DNA from: Halorarum halobium
GTDB lineage: Archaea; Halobacteriota; Halobacteria; Halobacteriales; Haloferacaceae
DNA length: 64,000 nt
Direction of reading: 5' to 3'
Assembly: GCF_032116555.1 (NCBI RefSeq)
Contig: NZ_CP134949.1
Location: forward strand, 992,001 to 1,056,000
Shown piece by piece: positions 10,269-20,768 of the stretch (position 1 is the first letter of the stretch; every line of letters begins with the position of its first letter). The notes under the pieces were generated by a model. It was given only the letters and a program-made list of their open reading frames with translations. It did no database searches and was not told where the DNA came from. Position numbers and translations under genes: made by a program.

Positions 10269-11789
10269 ATGTCCCGCCGCTCCATCGTCGTCTGTTTCGT
10301 CGTCCTGCTCGTGGCCGTGCCGATGGCCGTGAGCGCGGTCGACATCCGATTCGAAACGAGCGTCCCCGAACCGAACGTGCAGCCGGGGGCGTCCCAGGAA
10401 CTCACGTTTCAGCTGACCAACGACGCGTACAGGGCCGACGACCGGGCCGACACCGCACGCGAAGTCGAGGTGACGGTCCGTGGCGGCGACACGAACATCT
10501 CCGTGCAGTCGGGGGTTCGGTCGCTCGGAACCATGCGGGACGGCGTCCCGCAGACGGTGAGCGTCCAGATCCAGGTGCCCGCCGACATCCCCGCCGGCAC
10601 TCACGAACTGCCGGTGAGGGTGGAGTATCTCGACGCGGATGACGACCGCGAGACGAAGACCGTCACCGTCCCGGTCAGGGTCGAGGAGCGCGCACGGTTC
10701 GTCGTCGAGGACGTCGACACGACCGTGCCGGTCGGCGGCAGCGGCACCGTCACCGTCAACGTGACCAACGAGGGCGAGGAGGCGGCTTCGAACGCGGTGC
10801 TCGCCTTCCAGTCCGGGAACGCCGACGTGACGTTCTCCACCTCCGCGACCACCCGCCGGTTCGTCGGCGAGTGGGAACCGAACGAGACGAAATCCGTCGA
10901 GGTCGACGCCTCCGTCGCCAACTCCGCCGAGACGCGCGAGTACGCCGTCGATACCACCGTCGAGTACGAGGACACCGACGGCATCGCGGCCACCTCCCAA
11001 CCGCTCTCGTTCGGCCTGACGCCGCTGTCCGAGCAGACGTTCGGCGTCGAGGGCGTCGAGAGCACGCTCCGGGTCGGTGACGACGGGACGATGACCGGCA
11101 CGGTGACGAACACGGGCGAGCGCACCGCCCGGAACGTCGTCGTCATGCTGGAGACCTCGAACCCGAACGTCTCGCCGCTCGAAACCGAGGCCGCGGTCGG
11201 CGACCTCGAACCCGGGCAGTCCGCCGAGTTCGCCTTCGACGTCTCGGTGTCCGATTCGGCGGAAGCCGGCGCGCGACAGTTCGGCCTCACGATGCAGTAC
11301 CGTGACGACGAGGGAACCCAGCGCACGAGCGAGTCGACCGACGTCCGCGTCGAGGTCGGCGAGGAGCGCGACGAGTTCGGCGTCTCGCCGGTCGACGCCA
11401 GCTTCGAGGTCGGCTCGGGCGGCGAGCTCGTCCTCGAACTGACGAACAACCGGGAGACGGCGGTCTCGGACGTCTCGGCGAAGCTGTTCGCCGACGCGCC
11501 GCTCTCCTCTGCCGACGACGAGGCGTTCGTCCCCGAACTCGGCCCCGGCGAGACGGCGGAGGTCGTCTTTGACCTGAGCGTCGCCGGCTCGGCGACCGAC
11601 AAGACGTACCCGCTGAGCGTGGACTTCCAGTACGAGACGGCCGAGGGCGACACGCGAATCTCTGACGCCTACCAGGTCCCCGTCGAGGTCACCGAGCCCG
11701 AGGGCGGCGGGCTCCCGCTGCCGGTGCTTGGCGGCGTGGCGGCGCTCCTCGTCCTCCTCGGCGCCGGCGTCTACTACAGGCGTCGGTAA
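10269..11789 (+). CDS. COG1361-like S-layer-domain surface protein (repeated Ig-like domains), RND-associated
   Basis: Signal peptide, repeated V.N.G...A.N and L.PGE motifs, C-terminal TM ending YYRRR. Confidence 0.85.
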   Translation: MSRRSIVVCFVVLLVAVPMAVSAVDIRFETSVPEPNVQPGASQELTFQLTNDAYRADDRADTAREVEVTVRGGDTNISVQSGVRSLGTMRDGVPQTVSVQIQVPADIPAGTHELPVRVEYLDADDDRETKTVTVPVRVEERARFVVEDVDTTVPVGGSGTVTVNVTNEGEEAASNAVLAFQSGNADVTFSTSATTRRFVGEWEPNETKSVEVDASVANSAETREYAVDTTVEYEDTDGIAATSQPLSFGLTPLSEQTFGVEGVESTLRVGDDGTMTGTVTNTGERTARNVVVMLETSNPNVSPLETEAAVGDLEPGQSAEFAFDVSVSDSAEAGARQFGLTMQYRDDEGTQRTSESTDVRVEVGEERDEFGVSPVDASFEVGSGGELVLELTNNRETAVSDVSAKLFADAPLSSADDEAFVPELGPGETAEVVFDLSVAGSATDKTYPLSVDFQYETAEGDTRISDAYQVPVEVTEPEGGGLPLPVLGGVAALLVLLGAGVYYRRR

Positions 11790-11792
11790 CTG

Positions 11793-14330
11793 ATGGCGGG
11801 GTTGGATCACGAACGGCTTCTCGAGCGGGCGAGCGGGCTGGTCACCGACCGTCCCGGCCGGATCATCGTCGCGTTCCTGCTCGTGACGTCAGTGTTCGCG
11901 GTGGGACTGGGCAACGTCTCGACCGAGGCCGGCACCTCGCAGTTCGCCGCGGGCATCCCGGCCGAGGAGGCGCTCTCGGACGTCCAGCGCGAGTTCGGCC
12001 CCTCGTTCACGGCCGACACCGGCAGCACGCAGCTCATCCAGCGGAACCGGAACGTGCTCACGAAGCCGGCGATGCTTCGGATGTTGCGGACACAGGAACG
12101 GATACAGGAACGTGACGACCTGCGCGTCACCGGCGTCTCCAGTTCGGCGGCGGTCGTCGCACGGACCATCGATCCGTCCGCGACGACCACGGAGGCACAG
12201 ATCAGGGCCCTCGAGCGGTCGACGCCCGCCGAGGTCCGCGCCGCCGTCCGCGAGAACGCGGACAACCCCGCGTTCACCGGATCGGTCTCCTCGGACTTCA
12301 ACCGGGAGTCGGCGACCGCCTCCGCCACCATCGGCGTCGTGTCACACGAGCTCCCGAGCGGGCTCTCCTCGGGCGCTGCGGCCGGACAGGGTGGGACGAG
12401 CCCGCTGACGCCGATCCAGCAGCGGATCGAACGCGTCGTCGCCAGCGGCGGCGGCGACATCACCGTCTTCGGCGCGGGCATCCTCGCGGCGGAGTTCTCA
12501 CAGGTCATCGTCGACTCGCTGCTCATCGTCACCCCGGCGGCGGTCGTGTTCATCATCTTCTTCCTCGTCGTCGCCTACCGGGACCTGCTCGACCTGCTGC
12601 TCGGCACCGTGACGCTGCTGATGGCCGTCGTGTGGACGTTCGGGTTCCTCGGACTCGCGGGCATCCCGTTCAACCAGGTGATGATCGCGGTGCCGCCGCT
12701 GTTGCTGGCGGTCGGAATCGACTTCGGCATCCACGTCGTCAACCGGTACCGCGAGGACCGCAAGGACGCCGGCGTCGCCGGCGCGATGAGGGTGACGACG
12801 AGACAGCTGCTCGTCGCGTTCTTCATCGTCACCGGGACGACCGTCATCGGTTTCCTCTCGAACTTCGCCTCCGATCTCGGTCCGATCCAGGACTTCGGGC
12901 TCGTCGCGGCGGTCGGCATCCTGTTCACCTTCCTGCTGTTCGGGGTGTTCCTCCCCGCCGCGAAGGTGTGGATCGACCGCCGGCGCGACCGGATCCCGAT
13001 CCCGACGTACAGTCAGGAGCCGCTCGGGGCCGAGGGCTCCCGGCTCGGGTGGGCGCTCTCCGGCGGCGTCACTGTCGCGCGGAAGGCGCCGGTGTTCTTC
13101 CTTGCCGTCATGCTCGTCGGCTCGATCGCCGCCGGCGGCTACGCGACCGGCGTGGACACGTCGTTCACCCAGGAGGACTTCCTCCCGCCCGAGGAGACGC
13201 CGGCGTATCTCGATTCGCTCCCGGAACCGTTCGCCCCGGCCGACTACTCGGTCGTGGGGACGCTGAACTACCTCGAGGACAACTTCGAGACGACGAACGA
13301 CGGGCAGGTGACGGTGTATGTCGAGGGACGGTTGCAACGTGACACCTCCCTGGAGGAGATCCACAGGATGGGGAGCGACCCGCCGAACTCGTTCGTCAGC
13401 GAGGACCGACAGGCCGACTCCACCTCCATCGTGACGGTGATCCGGTCGCACGCCCGGGAGGACGAGGAGTTCAGCGAACTCGTCGCGCGAAACGACCGCG
13501 ACGGCGACGGCATCCCCGACGAGGATCTGGGCGAGGTGTACGACGCGCTGCTCGCCTCCTCGGCGGGCCCGGAGGCGGCCCAGTACCTCGCCGAGGACCG
13601 CCGGTCCGCCCGCGTCGTCTACACGACGAAGGCGAGCGCGTCACAGAGCGAGATTACGGCCGACGCCCGCGGGGTCGCCGATCGCTTCCGCGGCGACGCG
13701 ACCGCGACCGGCAACACGGTCGTGTTCCAGGCGGTCTCGGACCTGATCTTCCAGTCGGCGGTCCAGAGTCTGGCCATCGCGCTGGGGCTGACGGTCGTGT
13801 TCCTCCTCCTCATCTACCGGCTCTTCGAGGGGTTCGCGTCGCTGGGACTGGCCAACACCGTCCCCATCGTCATCGCGGTGGCGAGCGTCGCGGCCACGAT
13901 GCGGCTCGCCGGCATCTCGTTCAACGCCTTTACCGCCACGATTCTCTCGCTCACCATCGGGCTGGGCATCGACTACTCGGTCCACGTCACCCACCGGTTC
14001 ATCGACGAGCGTCGCGAGGCCGGGCTGTTCACCGCGCTCGACCGGACGGTCCGTGGCACCGGCGGCGCGCTGGCCGGCAGCATGATCACGACGACGACGG
14101 GAATCGGCGTGCTCGTGCTCGCCGTCCTCAGCATCCTCGGCCAGTTCGGCGTGCTGACGGCGCTGTCGATCCTCTACTCGTTCCTCGCGTCGCTGTTCGT
14201 CCTCCCCTCGACGCTGGTCGTCTGGGACCGCGCGCTCGGGTTCGATCCGGATCGCCCGATTCCGAAATCGTCCTCGGCGGGCGACGGCTCGCCGAGCGAG
14301 GAGTCCGCTGCTGCTTCCGCCGTGGACTGA
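11793..14330 (+). CDS. RND/MMPL family transporter
   Basis: Two halves with AVGIDFGIH and GLGIDYSVH motifs, about 12 TM. Confidence 0.93.
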   Translation: MAGLDHERLLERASGLVTDRPGRIIVAFLLVTSVFAVGLGNVSTEAGTSQFAAGIPAEEALSDVQREFGPSFTADTGSTQLIQRNRNVLTKPAMLRMLRTQERIQERDDLRVTGVSSSAAVVARTIDPSATTTEAQIRALERSTPAEVRAAVRENADNPAFTGSVSSDFNRESATASATIGVVSHELPSGLSSGAAAGQGGTSPLTPIQQRIERVVASGGGDITVFGAGILAAEFSQVIVDSLLIVTPAAVVFIIFFLVVAYRDLLDLLLGTVTLLMAVVWTFGFLGLAGIPFNQVMIAVPPLLLAVGIDFGIHVVNRYREDRKDAGVAGAMRVTTRQLLVAFFIVTGTTVIGFLSNFASDLGPIQDFGLVAAVGILFTFLLFGVFLPAAKVWIDRRRDRIPIPTYSQEPLGAEGSRLGWALSGGVTVARKAPVFFLAVMLVGSIAAGGYATGVDTSFTQEDFLPPEETPAYLDSLPEPFAPADYSVVGTLNYLEDNFETTNDGQVTVYVEGRLQRDTSLEEIHRMGSDPPNSFVSEDRQADSTSIVTVIRSHAREDEEFSELVARNDRDGDGIPDEDLGEVYDALLASSAGPEAAQYLAEDRRSARVVYTTKASASQSEITADARGVADRFRGDATATGNTVVFQAVSDLIFQSAVQSLAIALGLTVVFLLLIYRLFEGFASLGLANTVPIVIAVASVAATMRLAGISFNAFTATILSLTIGLGIDYSVHVTHRFIDERREAGLFTALDRTVRGTGGALAGSMITTTTGIGVLVLAVLSILGQFGVLTALSILYSFLASLFVLPSTLVVWDRALGFDPDRPIPKSSSAGDGSPSEESAAASAVD

Positions 14331-14409
14331 CTCCCCGTCCCGATACGACCATCCGTGTCGCACAGTCCGGCGATGGGTTTCGTGACCACGAACTCATCAG
14401 TGACGGGAC

Positions 14410-14709
14410 TCAGCGACGAATGTGGAACCCCGACTCTCCCTCGGGGTCGCCGTACTCCGCCTCGACGTCCTCCACGAACGCGGCGTCGCTCCCGGAGTGA
14501 CACCACTCGACCATCGTGGCCACGTCCGGACGCTCGCCCTCGAAGACGGCCTCGACCCGGCCGTCATCGAGGTTCCGGACCCAGCCGTCGACGCCCCGGT
14601 CGCGTGCGGCGTCCCGGGTGCTCGCCCGGTAGAAGACGCCCTGGACGGTTCCCGAGACGAACACGTGCGCGCGGGTGCGGTCGACGGAGTCGTCTGTCGC
14701 ATCGCTCAT
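14410..14709 (-). CDS. acyP: Acylphosphatase
   Basis: VSGTVQGVFYR and GWVRNLDDGRVE signatures. Confidence 0.93.
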   Translation of the reverse strand: MSDATDDSVDRTRAHVFVSGTVQGVFYRASTRDAARDRGVDGWVRNLDDGRVEAVFEGERPDVATMVEWCHSGSDAAFVEDVEAEYGDPEGESGFHIRR

Positions 14710-14960
14710 ACCAGTCGCTGTGTCGTCCGTCGGCAAAAGTCGGACGGCGACGGCGGTGGATGTGGGCTAGCAGGCGGCACGGGGAGGGTCCGAAGCGGTC
14801 TGCCGCACGTCCGCCTCGTCCACCGGGGCGACGCGGGAACCAACCGCTGGCCGCTTCGGATGCGTTCGTCAGGTCACGGGACGGCTGGCCGCGTCATCGT
14901 ACATGAACGCTCGGGGCCGATTCCGGGAGAGTCTTTTAGCGCCGCCGTCGAGCCACCCGT

Positions 14961-16442
14961 ATGGACCTGTTCGGTACCGCCGGAATCCGCGGAAGCGCCC
15001 GGGAGCGCGTCACGCCGGAACTGGCGCTGGACGTGGCACGCGCCGTCGGCGCTGCCGCGGTCGAGGCGGGCGACCGGGAGTTCGTGGTGGCCCGCGACGG
15101 CCGCGTGACGGGCCCGTCGCTCGCGGCGGCCGTCGAGGCCGGCCTCACCTCTGCGGGCGCGAACGTGACCCGGCTCGGCCAGCTACCGACGCCGGGGCTC
15201 GCGTTCGCCTCGCGCGGCCGGCGCGGCGTCATGCTCACCGCCTCGCACAACCCCCCGACCGACAACGGGATCAAGCTGTTCGCCGACGGCGTCGAGTACG
15301 CCGAGACGGCCGAGACTGACGTGGAACGCCGGGTCGAAGCCGGCGTCGCGCCGGCCCCGTGGGACGAGTGGGGCGACGTGTCGGCCGACGACACCCTGAC
15401 GGCCTATCGGAACGCGGTCGCGGCGTACGCCGCCGGGTTCGGGTCGGACCCGGCGGGCGTCCGCGTCGCGGTCGACTGCGGCAACGGGATGGCCTCGGTG
15501 GCGACGCCGCACGTCCTGCGGGCACTCGGCGCGGACGTGGTCACCCTGAACGCGAACGTCGACGGCCACTTCCCCGGGCGGGAGTCGAAGCCGACCGCCG
15601 AGTCGCTCGCGGACCTGCGCGCGTTCGTGGCCGACGGTGGAGCCGCCTTCGGCATCGGCCACGACGGCGACGCCGACCGCATCGTCGTCGTCGACGGCGA
15701 CGGGGCGGTCGTCCACGAGGACACCGTCCTCGCCATCCTCGCCGAGCGGTACGTCCGGGAGAGCGACGCGGCCGAGCCAGTCGTGGTGACGACGCCGAAC
15801 GCGTCGGGGCGCATCGACGAGCGCGTCCGCGAGGCTGACGGCCGCGTCGAGCGGGTCGCGCTGGGATACCTCCACGACGGAATCGCCGCCGCCCACGAGG
15901 ACGGTGACGAGGTCGTCTTCGCCGCCGAACCGTGGAAGCACATCCACACCGGGTTCGGCGGGTGGATCGACGGCGTCGCCAGCGCGGCAGTGTTGACCCG
16001 GCTGGTCGCCGAATCCGCGCGGGAGCGTGCGGACGCGACCGACGGAGCCGAATCGGCTGACGGAGCCGAAGCTGACGCGACCGACGGGGTCGAAACGACC
16101 GACGATGCGGACCGGTCCGCGACGGTCGACGGGCTCGCCGGCCTCCGGGAGCCCGTGACCGAGCGACCGTACCGGAAGGTGAGCGTCGACTGTCCGGACG
16201 GGGCAAAGCGGGCGGCGATGGACCGGCTGGGGACGACGCTCCCGGAGGCGTTCCCCGACGCATCGGTGTCGACCGAGTACGGCGTCCGGCTCACGTTCCC
16301 CGACGACGCGTGGACGCTCGTCCGGCCGAGCGGAACCGAGCCGTACGTCCGAGTGTACGCAGAGAGCGACGCGGTCGACGAGCTGGTCGAGGCGGTGGCC
16401 GGTCACGTCGAGTCGGCCGTGAAAGCCGTCAGCGAGCCGTAA
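14961..16442 (+). CDS. Alpha-D-phosphohexomutase family (phosphomannomutase/phosphopentomutase)
   Basis: LFGTAGIRG, TASHNP phosphoserine, HDGDADR metal loop, RPSGTEP. Confidence 0.92.
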   Translation: MDLFGTAGIRGSARERVTPELALDVARAVGAAAVEAGDREFVVARDGRVTGPSLAAAVEAGLTSAGANVTRLGQLPTPGLAFASRGRRGVMLTASHNPPTDNGIKLFADGVEYAETAETDVERRVEAGVAPAPWDEWGDVSADDTLTAYRNAVAAYAAGFGSDPAGVRVAVDCGNGMASVATPHVLRALGADVVTLNANVDGHFPGRESKPTAESLADLRAFVADGGAAFGIGHDGDADRIVVVDGDGAVVHEDTVLAILAERYVRESDAAEPVVVTTPNASGRIDERVREADGRVERVALGYLHDGIAAAHEDGDEVVFAAEPWKHIHTGFGGWIDGVASAAVLTRLVAESARERADATDGAESADGAEADATDGVETTDDADRSATVDGLAGLREPVTERPYRKVSVDCPDGAKRAAMDRLGTTLPEAFPDASVSTEYGVRLTFPDDAWTLVRPSGTEPYVRVYAESDAVDELVEAVAGHVESAVKAVSEP

Positions 16443-16457
16443 CGACCGGAGCGACGA

Positions 16458-16464
16458 TTTTAAA
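16458..16464 (+). promoter_or_regulatory. TATA box of the leaderless BMP/ABC operon
   Basis: TTTTAAA about 25-30 nt upstream of ATG 16489. Confidence 0.6.
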
Positions 16465-16488
16465 CCGGACTACTACGGGTCTACGTGT

Positions 16489-17637
16489 ATGTCCCGAGAC
16501 ATAGACAGGCGTACGTTCGTGAAAGGAGCGAGTACCGCGGGAATCGTGGGACTCGCCGGCTGCGCCGGCGGTCCCGAGGACGGCGGCGGCGACGCGACGG
16601 ACACGCCGAGCGACGAGGAGACCCCGTCCGGCGAGGACACGGCGACTGACACCCCCAGCGGGGGGTCGGCCGAACTCAACGTCGGGATGGTGTACGCCAC
16701 CGGCGGCCTGGGCGACGGGTCGTTCAACGATCAGGCCCAGACCGGCATCCAGCAGGCCGCGGACGAACTCGGCGTCTCCTACGACGAGTCCCAGCCCGGC
16801 TCCGTCTCGGAGTTCGCGACCTACCAGCAGCAGTACGCCCAGTCCACGGACCCGGACTACGGGCTGGTCTCGTGTATCGGTTTCCTGCAGGCCGACGCGC
16901 TCTCGGAGACCGCCGCCGACTTCCCGGATCAGGACTTCATGATCGTCGACTCCGTCGTCGAGAGCGACAACGTCGCCTCCTACACGTTCGCCGAACACGA
17001 GGGGTCGTTCCTGGTCGGCCAGCTGGCCGGCCTGCTCACGACCTCCGAGTTCTCGGCCGGCGCGGGGTCGACCCAGCCCGACGAGACGAGCGTCGGCTTC
17101 GTCGGCGGCGTCGAGAGCAGCCTCATCCAGAAGTTCGAGGCCGGGTTCAGGGCCGGCGTCGCACACGCGAACTCCGAGGTCGACGTACAGACGACGTACG
17201 TGGGCGACTTCAACGACCCGAGCGGCGGGCAGGAGGCGGCGCTCGCGATGTACAACTCCGGCGCGGACATCGTCTACCACGCGGCGGGCAACACCGGCAC
17301 CGGCGTGTTCCAGGCGGCACAGGAGGCCGGCCGGTTCGCGCTCGGCGTGGACTCCGACCAGTCGATCACCCGCTCGAACTACGCCGACGTCATCCTCGCC
17401 TCGATGGTCAAGCGCGTCGACACGGCCGTCTTCAACGCCGCCGAGGCGAAGATCAACGGCGAGTTCGAGGGTGGTTCGATCAACGCGCTCGGGCTGGAAC
17501 AGGAGGGCGTCGCCATCGTCTACGGCGCCGAACTCGGCTCGGAGCTCTCCGCGGACGTCACGGACCCGGTTTCGGCCTCCCGGGAGGCGATCATCGACGG
17601 CGAGATCGAGGTCCCCCAGAGCCCGAGCGAACTGTAA
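16489..17637 (+). CDS. BMP family ABC substrate-binding lipoprotein (nucleoside type), Tat-exported
   Basis: DRRTFVK twin-arginine, LAGC lipobox, GLGDGSFN, GVDSDQ, SMVKRVD. Confidence 0.93.
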   Translation: MSRDIDRRTFVKGASTAGIVGLAGCAGGPEDGGGDATDTPSDEETPSGEDTATDTPSGGSAELNVGMVYATGGLGDGSFNDQAQTGIQQAADELGVSYDESQPGSVSEFATYQQQYAQSTDPDYGLVSCIGFLQADALSETAADFPDQDFMIVDSVVESDNVASYTFAEHEGSFLVGQLAGLLTTSEFSAGAGSTQPDETSVGFVGGVESSLIQKFEAGFRAGVAHANSEVDVQTTYVGDFNDPSGGQEAALAMYNSGADIVYHAAGNTGTGVFQAAQEAGRFALGVDSDQSITRSNYADVILASMVKRVDTAVFNAAEAKINGEFEGGSINALGLEQEGVAIVYGAELGSELSADVTDPVSASREAIIDGEIEVPQSPSEL

Positions 17638-17812
17638 CGACGACCGACGGGACCGGCTCGACCCGTTCGCGGAACCGCCTCGTTTTTGGGACCGCCCGAA
17701 CTGAACTGGCGGCTCTCCCCGCGCCCAGACCCGCCAGTATCGCTTTTCACCCGCGCGCCGCGTCCGAACAGAAACGGGCCGTTTATGCCGCCACCGTCAA
17801 AAGCGGGTACGA

Positions 17813-19459
17813 ATGACTGAGGCCGTCCGCCTCGACGGAATCACGAAACGCTTCCCCGGCGTTGTCGCCAACGACGACGTGACGCTCTCCGTCGAACAGG
17901 GGACGGTACACGCCCTGCTCGGCGAGAACGGCGCCGGGAAGACGACGCTGATGAACGTCCTCTACGGGCTCTACGAGCCGACGGCCGGCGACGTGTACGT
18001 CGACGGCGAGGGGCTCGAACTCGACGAGGACGGCGAGTACGTCGCCGCCCCCAGACGGTTCGACTCGCCCCGTGACGCCATCGACGCCGGCGTCGGCATG
18101 ATCCACCAGCACTTCATGCTGGTCGACCCGATGACGGTCGCCGAGAACATCACGCTCGGCAACGAGCCGCGAAAGTGGGGCGGGCTCGCCATCGACCGCG
18201 AGGCTGCACGGGAGTCGGTCATCGACCTCTCCGAGCGCTACGGCTTCGACGTCGAACCCGACGCGACGGTCGCGGACGTGAGCGTCGGCGTCCAGCAGCG
18301 CGTCGAGATTCTCAAGGCACTGTACCGCGGCGCGGACGTGCTCATCCTCGACGAGCCGACCGCGGTGCTCACGCCACAGGAGGTCGAGGACCTGTTCGAG
18401 GTGCTCGCGGAGCTGACCGACCAGGGGAAGACGGTCATCTTCATCACCCACAAGCTGGGCGAGGCGCTGGAGGCCGCCGACGAGGTGACGGTGCTCCGCG
18501 ACGGGAAGAACGTCGGCAGCGTCCGGACCGACGAGACCTCCCGGGAGGAACTGGCCGAACTGATGGTCGGCCGCGAGGTCGTCCTCGAGACCGAGTCGTC
18601 CCCGGCCGACCCCGGCGGCCCGGTGCTCGACGTGGACGGCGTCTCCGCCACCGACGACCGCGGCGTGACCGCCGTGGACGACGTCTCGCTCACGGTCCGC
18701 GAGGGCGAGGTGTTCGGCATCGCGGGCGTGGACGGCAACGGCCAGTCGGAGCTCGTCGACGTCGTCACCGGCCTGCGCGACCCCGAGGCGGGCTCGGTCG
18801 CGCTCGACGGCCGGGACGTGACCGACGCCTCGCGCCGGGAGCGGACCCGTGCCGGCATGGCGTACATCCCCGAGGACCGCCAGGAGCGCGGGCTCGTCAT
18901 GGAGTTCGATCTGACCGAGAACGGCGTGCTCGGCTCCCAGCACGACGCGCCGTTCGCCAGCGGCGGCCGCCTCGACTGGGACCGGGCCGGCGAGCACGCC
19001 GAGGACGTCATCGGCGAGTACGACGTGCGGCCGCCCGACTCGTCCGCGACGGCCAAGTCGCTCTCGGGGGGCAACCAGCAGAAGTTCATCGTCGGCCGGG
19101 AGTTCGCCCGCGAGCCGACGTGTCTCGTCGCCTCACACCCGACACGCGGCGTCGACATCGGCTCGACGGAGTTCATCCACGACCGGCTCATCGAGCTGCG
19201 GGACGACGGGCGCGGCGTGTTGCTCGTCTCCTCGAAGCTCGACGAGGTTCGTCGGCTCTCGGACCGGCTCGCGGTGATGTACCGCGGCCGGGTCGTCGCC
19301 GTCGTCGACCCCGACGAGGTGACCGAGGAACAGCTCGGCCTGCTGATGGCCGGCGAGGAGCCCGAGGACGTGCCGTACGCCTCCGAGACGGCCGCCGCGG
19401 CCGCGGAGGCCGACGGGTCGGGTCGGACCGCGGACTCCGTGGGGGGCGACCATGAGTGA
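17813..19459 (+). CDS. ABC transporter ATP-binding protein (two-domain, sugar/nucleoside type)
   Basis: Walker A GENGAGKT, LILDEPT, LSGGNQQK, PTRGVD. Confidence 0.95.
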   Translation: MTEAVRLDGITKRFPGVVANDDVTLSVEQGTVHALLGENGAGKTTLMNVLYGLYEPTAGDVYVDGEGLELDEDGEYVAAPRRFDSPRDAIDAGVGMIHQHFMLVDPMTVAENITLGNEPRKWGGLAIDREAARESVIDLSERYGFDVEPDATVADVSVGVQQRVEILKALYRGADVLILDEPTAVLTPQEVEDLFEVLAELTDQGKTVIFITHKLGEALEAADEVTVLRDGKNVGSVRTDETSREELAELMVGREVVLETESSPADPGGPVLDVDGVSATDDRGVTAVDDVSLTVREGEVFGIAGVDGNGQSELVDVVTGLRDPEAGSVALDGRDVTDASRRERTRAGMAYIPEDRQERGLVMEFDLTENGVLGSQHDAPFASGGRLDWDRAGEHAEDVIGEYDVRPPDSSATAKSLSGGNQQKFIVGREFAREPTCLVASHPTRGVDIGSTEFIHDRLIELRDDGRGVLLVSSKLDEVRRLSDRLAVMYRGRVVAVVDPDEVTEEQLGLLMAGEEPEDVPYASETAAAAAEADGSGRTADSVGGDHE

Positions 19460-20768
19460 GGACGGCGGCTCGGACGCGTCCGGCGGCGGGTCCGAGTCGG
19501 GGCTGCGGGCGCGGGCGGTGGCGATAACCAGGCGGCTCACGCACGCTTCGGCGACCGAGCGGCTGCTCATCTCCGGGTCGGCGCTGCTGCTCTCCATCGT
19601 CATCGGCTTCTTCCTCATCCTCGCCGCGGGGCGGATGACCGCCTGCCAGTCGGCGGCGTACTCGGTCGCTGGCGTCGGCTTCTGTTATGACCCGTTCGTG
19701 GTGTACGACCGGCTGTTCCTCGGCGCGTTCGGCGACGTACTCACCGACCCGCTGAACGGCCAGTTCGCCACGACGCTCGCCGAGACGACGGTGCTCCTGT
19801 TCACTGGCCTCGCGGTCGCGGTGGCGTTCAAGGCCGGCATCTTCAACATCGGCGGCCAGGGACAGCTCGTCGTCGGCGCGCTGGCGACCGCGCTGTCGGT
19901 GCTGTACGCCTCCTCGCTCGTCTCGGGCGTGCTCGGCACGCTCGTGCTCGTCCCGTTCGGCCTCGTGGTCGGCGCGCTCGCGGGCGGGCTGTTCGGCGCC
20001 ATCCCGGGCGCGCTGAAGGCGTACGCGGACGCGAACGAGGTGATCACGACGATCATGCTCAACTTCGTCGCCACCTCGGTCGCGCTCTACCTCGTGCAGA
20101 ACCACTTCAAGGACCCCGACAGCTTCGCCACCCAGACGGTCGCGCTGCCCGACTACGCGGTGTTCCCGCACGTCGTCTTCCCGGCGCGTGCGAACGTCTC
20201 GCTGCTCGCGTTCGCGTTCGCGCTGGTGCTCGCGGTCGCCATGGCGTACCTGCTCGCCCGGACGGCGTTCGGCTACGACCTCCGGACGAGCGGACTCCAG
20301 CCGGAGGCTGCCGAGTACGGCGGCGTCGACGCGCCCCGAACCATCGTCGCCAGCATGGCGCTCTCGGGCGCGCTCGCGGGCATCGGCGGCGCGGTGTACG
20401 TGCTGATGATCCTCGGCAACTTCCAGGTCGGCGTCCCGGACTACGGCTTCGACGGCATCACCGTCTCCATTCTCGCGGGCAACAACCCGCTCGGGGTCGG
20501 AGCCGCGGCGCTGCTGTTCGGCGTGCTCAAGTCGGGCAGCATCGTCGTCGACGTCGGAACCGACGTGCCGCCACAGCTCGTGGGCGTGTTGCGCGGGCTC
20601 ATCGTCCTGTTCGTCGCGATGCCGGAGTTCTTCCGGATGGCCGGCCAGTACGCCGGCCTGGATCGCCCCGAGGGCGAGACGGTCGCGACCGACGGCGGCC
20701 GCGTCGTCGACGGCGCTGTCGAGACCGGGGACGACGCCGCGTCGGACTCGGGAGGTGAGCGGCGATGA
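19452..20768 (+). CDS. ABC transporter permease (nucleoside type)
   Basis: FNIGGQGQ, NEVITTIMLNF, YGFDGITV; overlaps the ATPase gene. Confidence 0.93.
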   Translation: MSEDGGSDASGGGSESGLRARAVAITRRLTHASATERLLISGSALLLSIVIGFFLILAAGRMTACQSAAYSVAGVGFCYDPFVVYDRLFLGAFGDVLTDPLNGQFATTLAETTVLLFTGLAVAVAFKAGIFNIGGQGQLVVGALATALSVLYASSLVSGVLGTLVLVPFGLVVGALAGGLFGAIPGALKAYADANEVITTIMLNFVATSVALYLVQNHFKDPDSFATQTVALPDYAVFPHVVFPARANVSLLAFAFALVLAVAMAYLLARTAFGYDLRTSGLQPEAAEYGGVDAPRTIVASMALSGALAGIGGAVYVLMILGNFQVGVPDYGFDGITVSILAGNNPLGVGAAALLFGVLKSGSIVVDVGTDVPPQLVGVLRGLIVLFVAMPEFFRMAGQYAGLDRPEGETVATDGGRVVDGAVETGDDAASDSGGERR

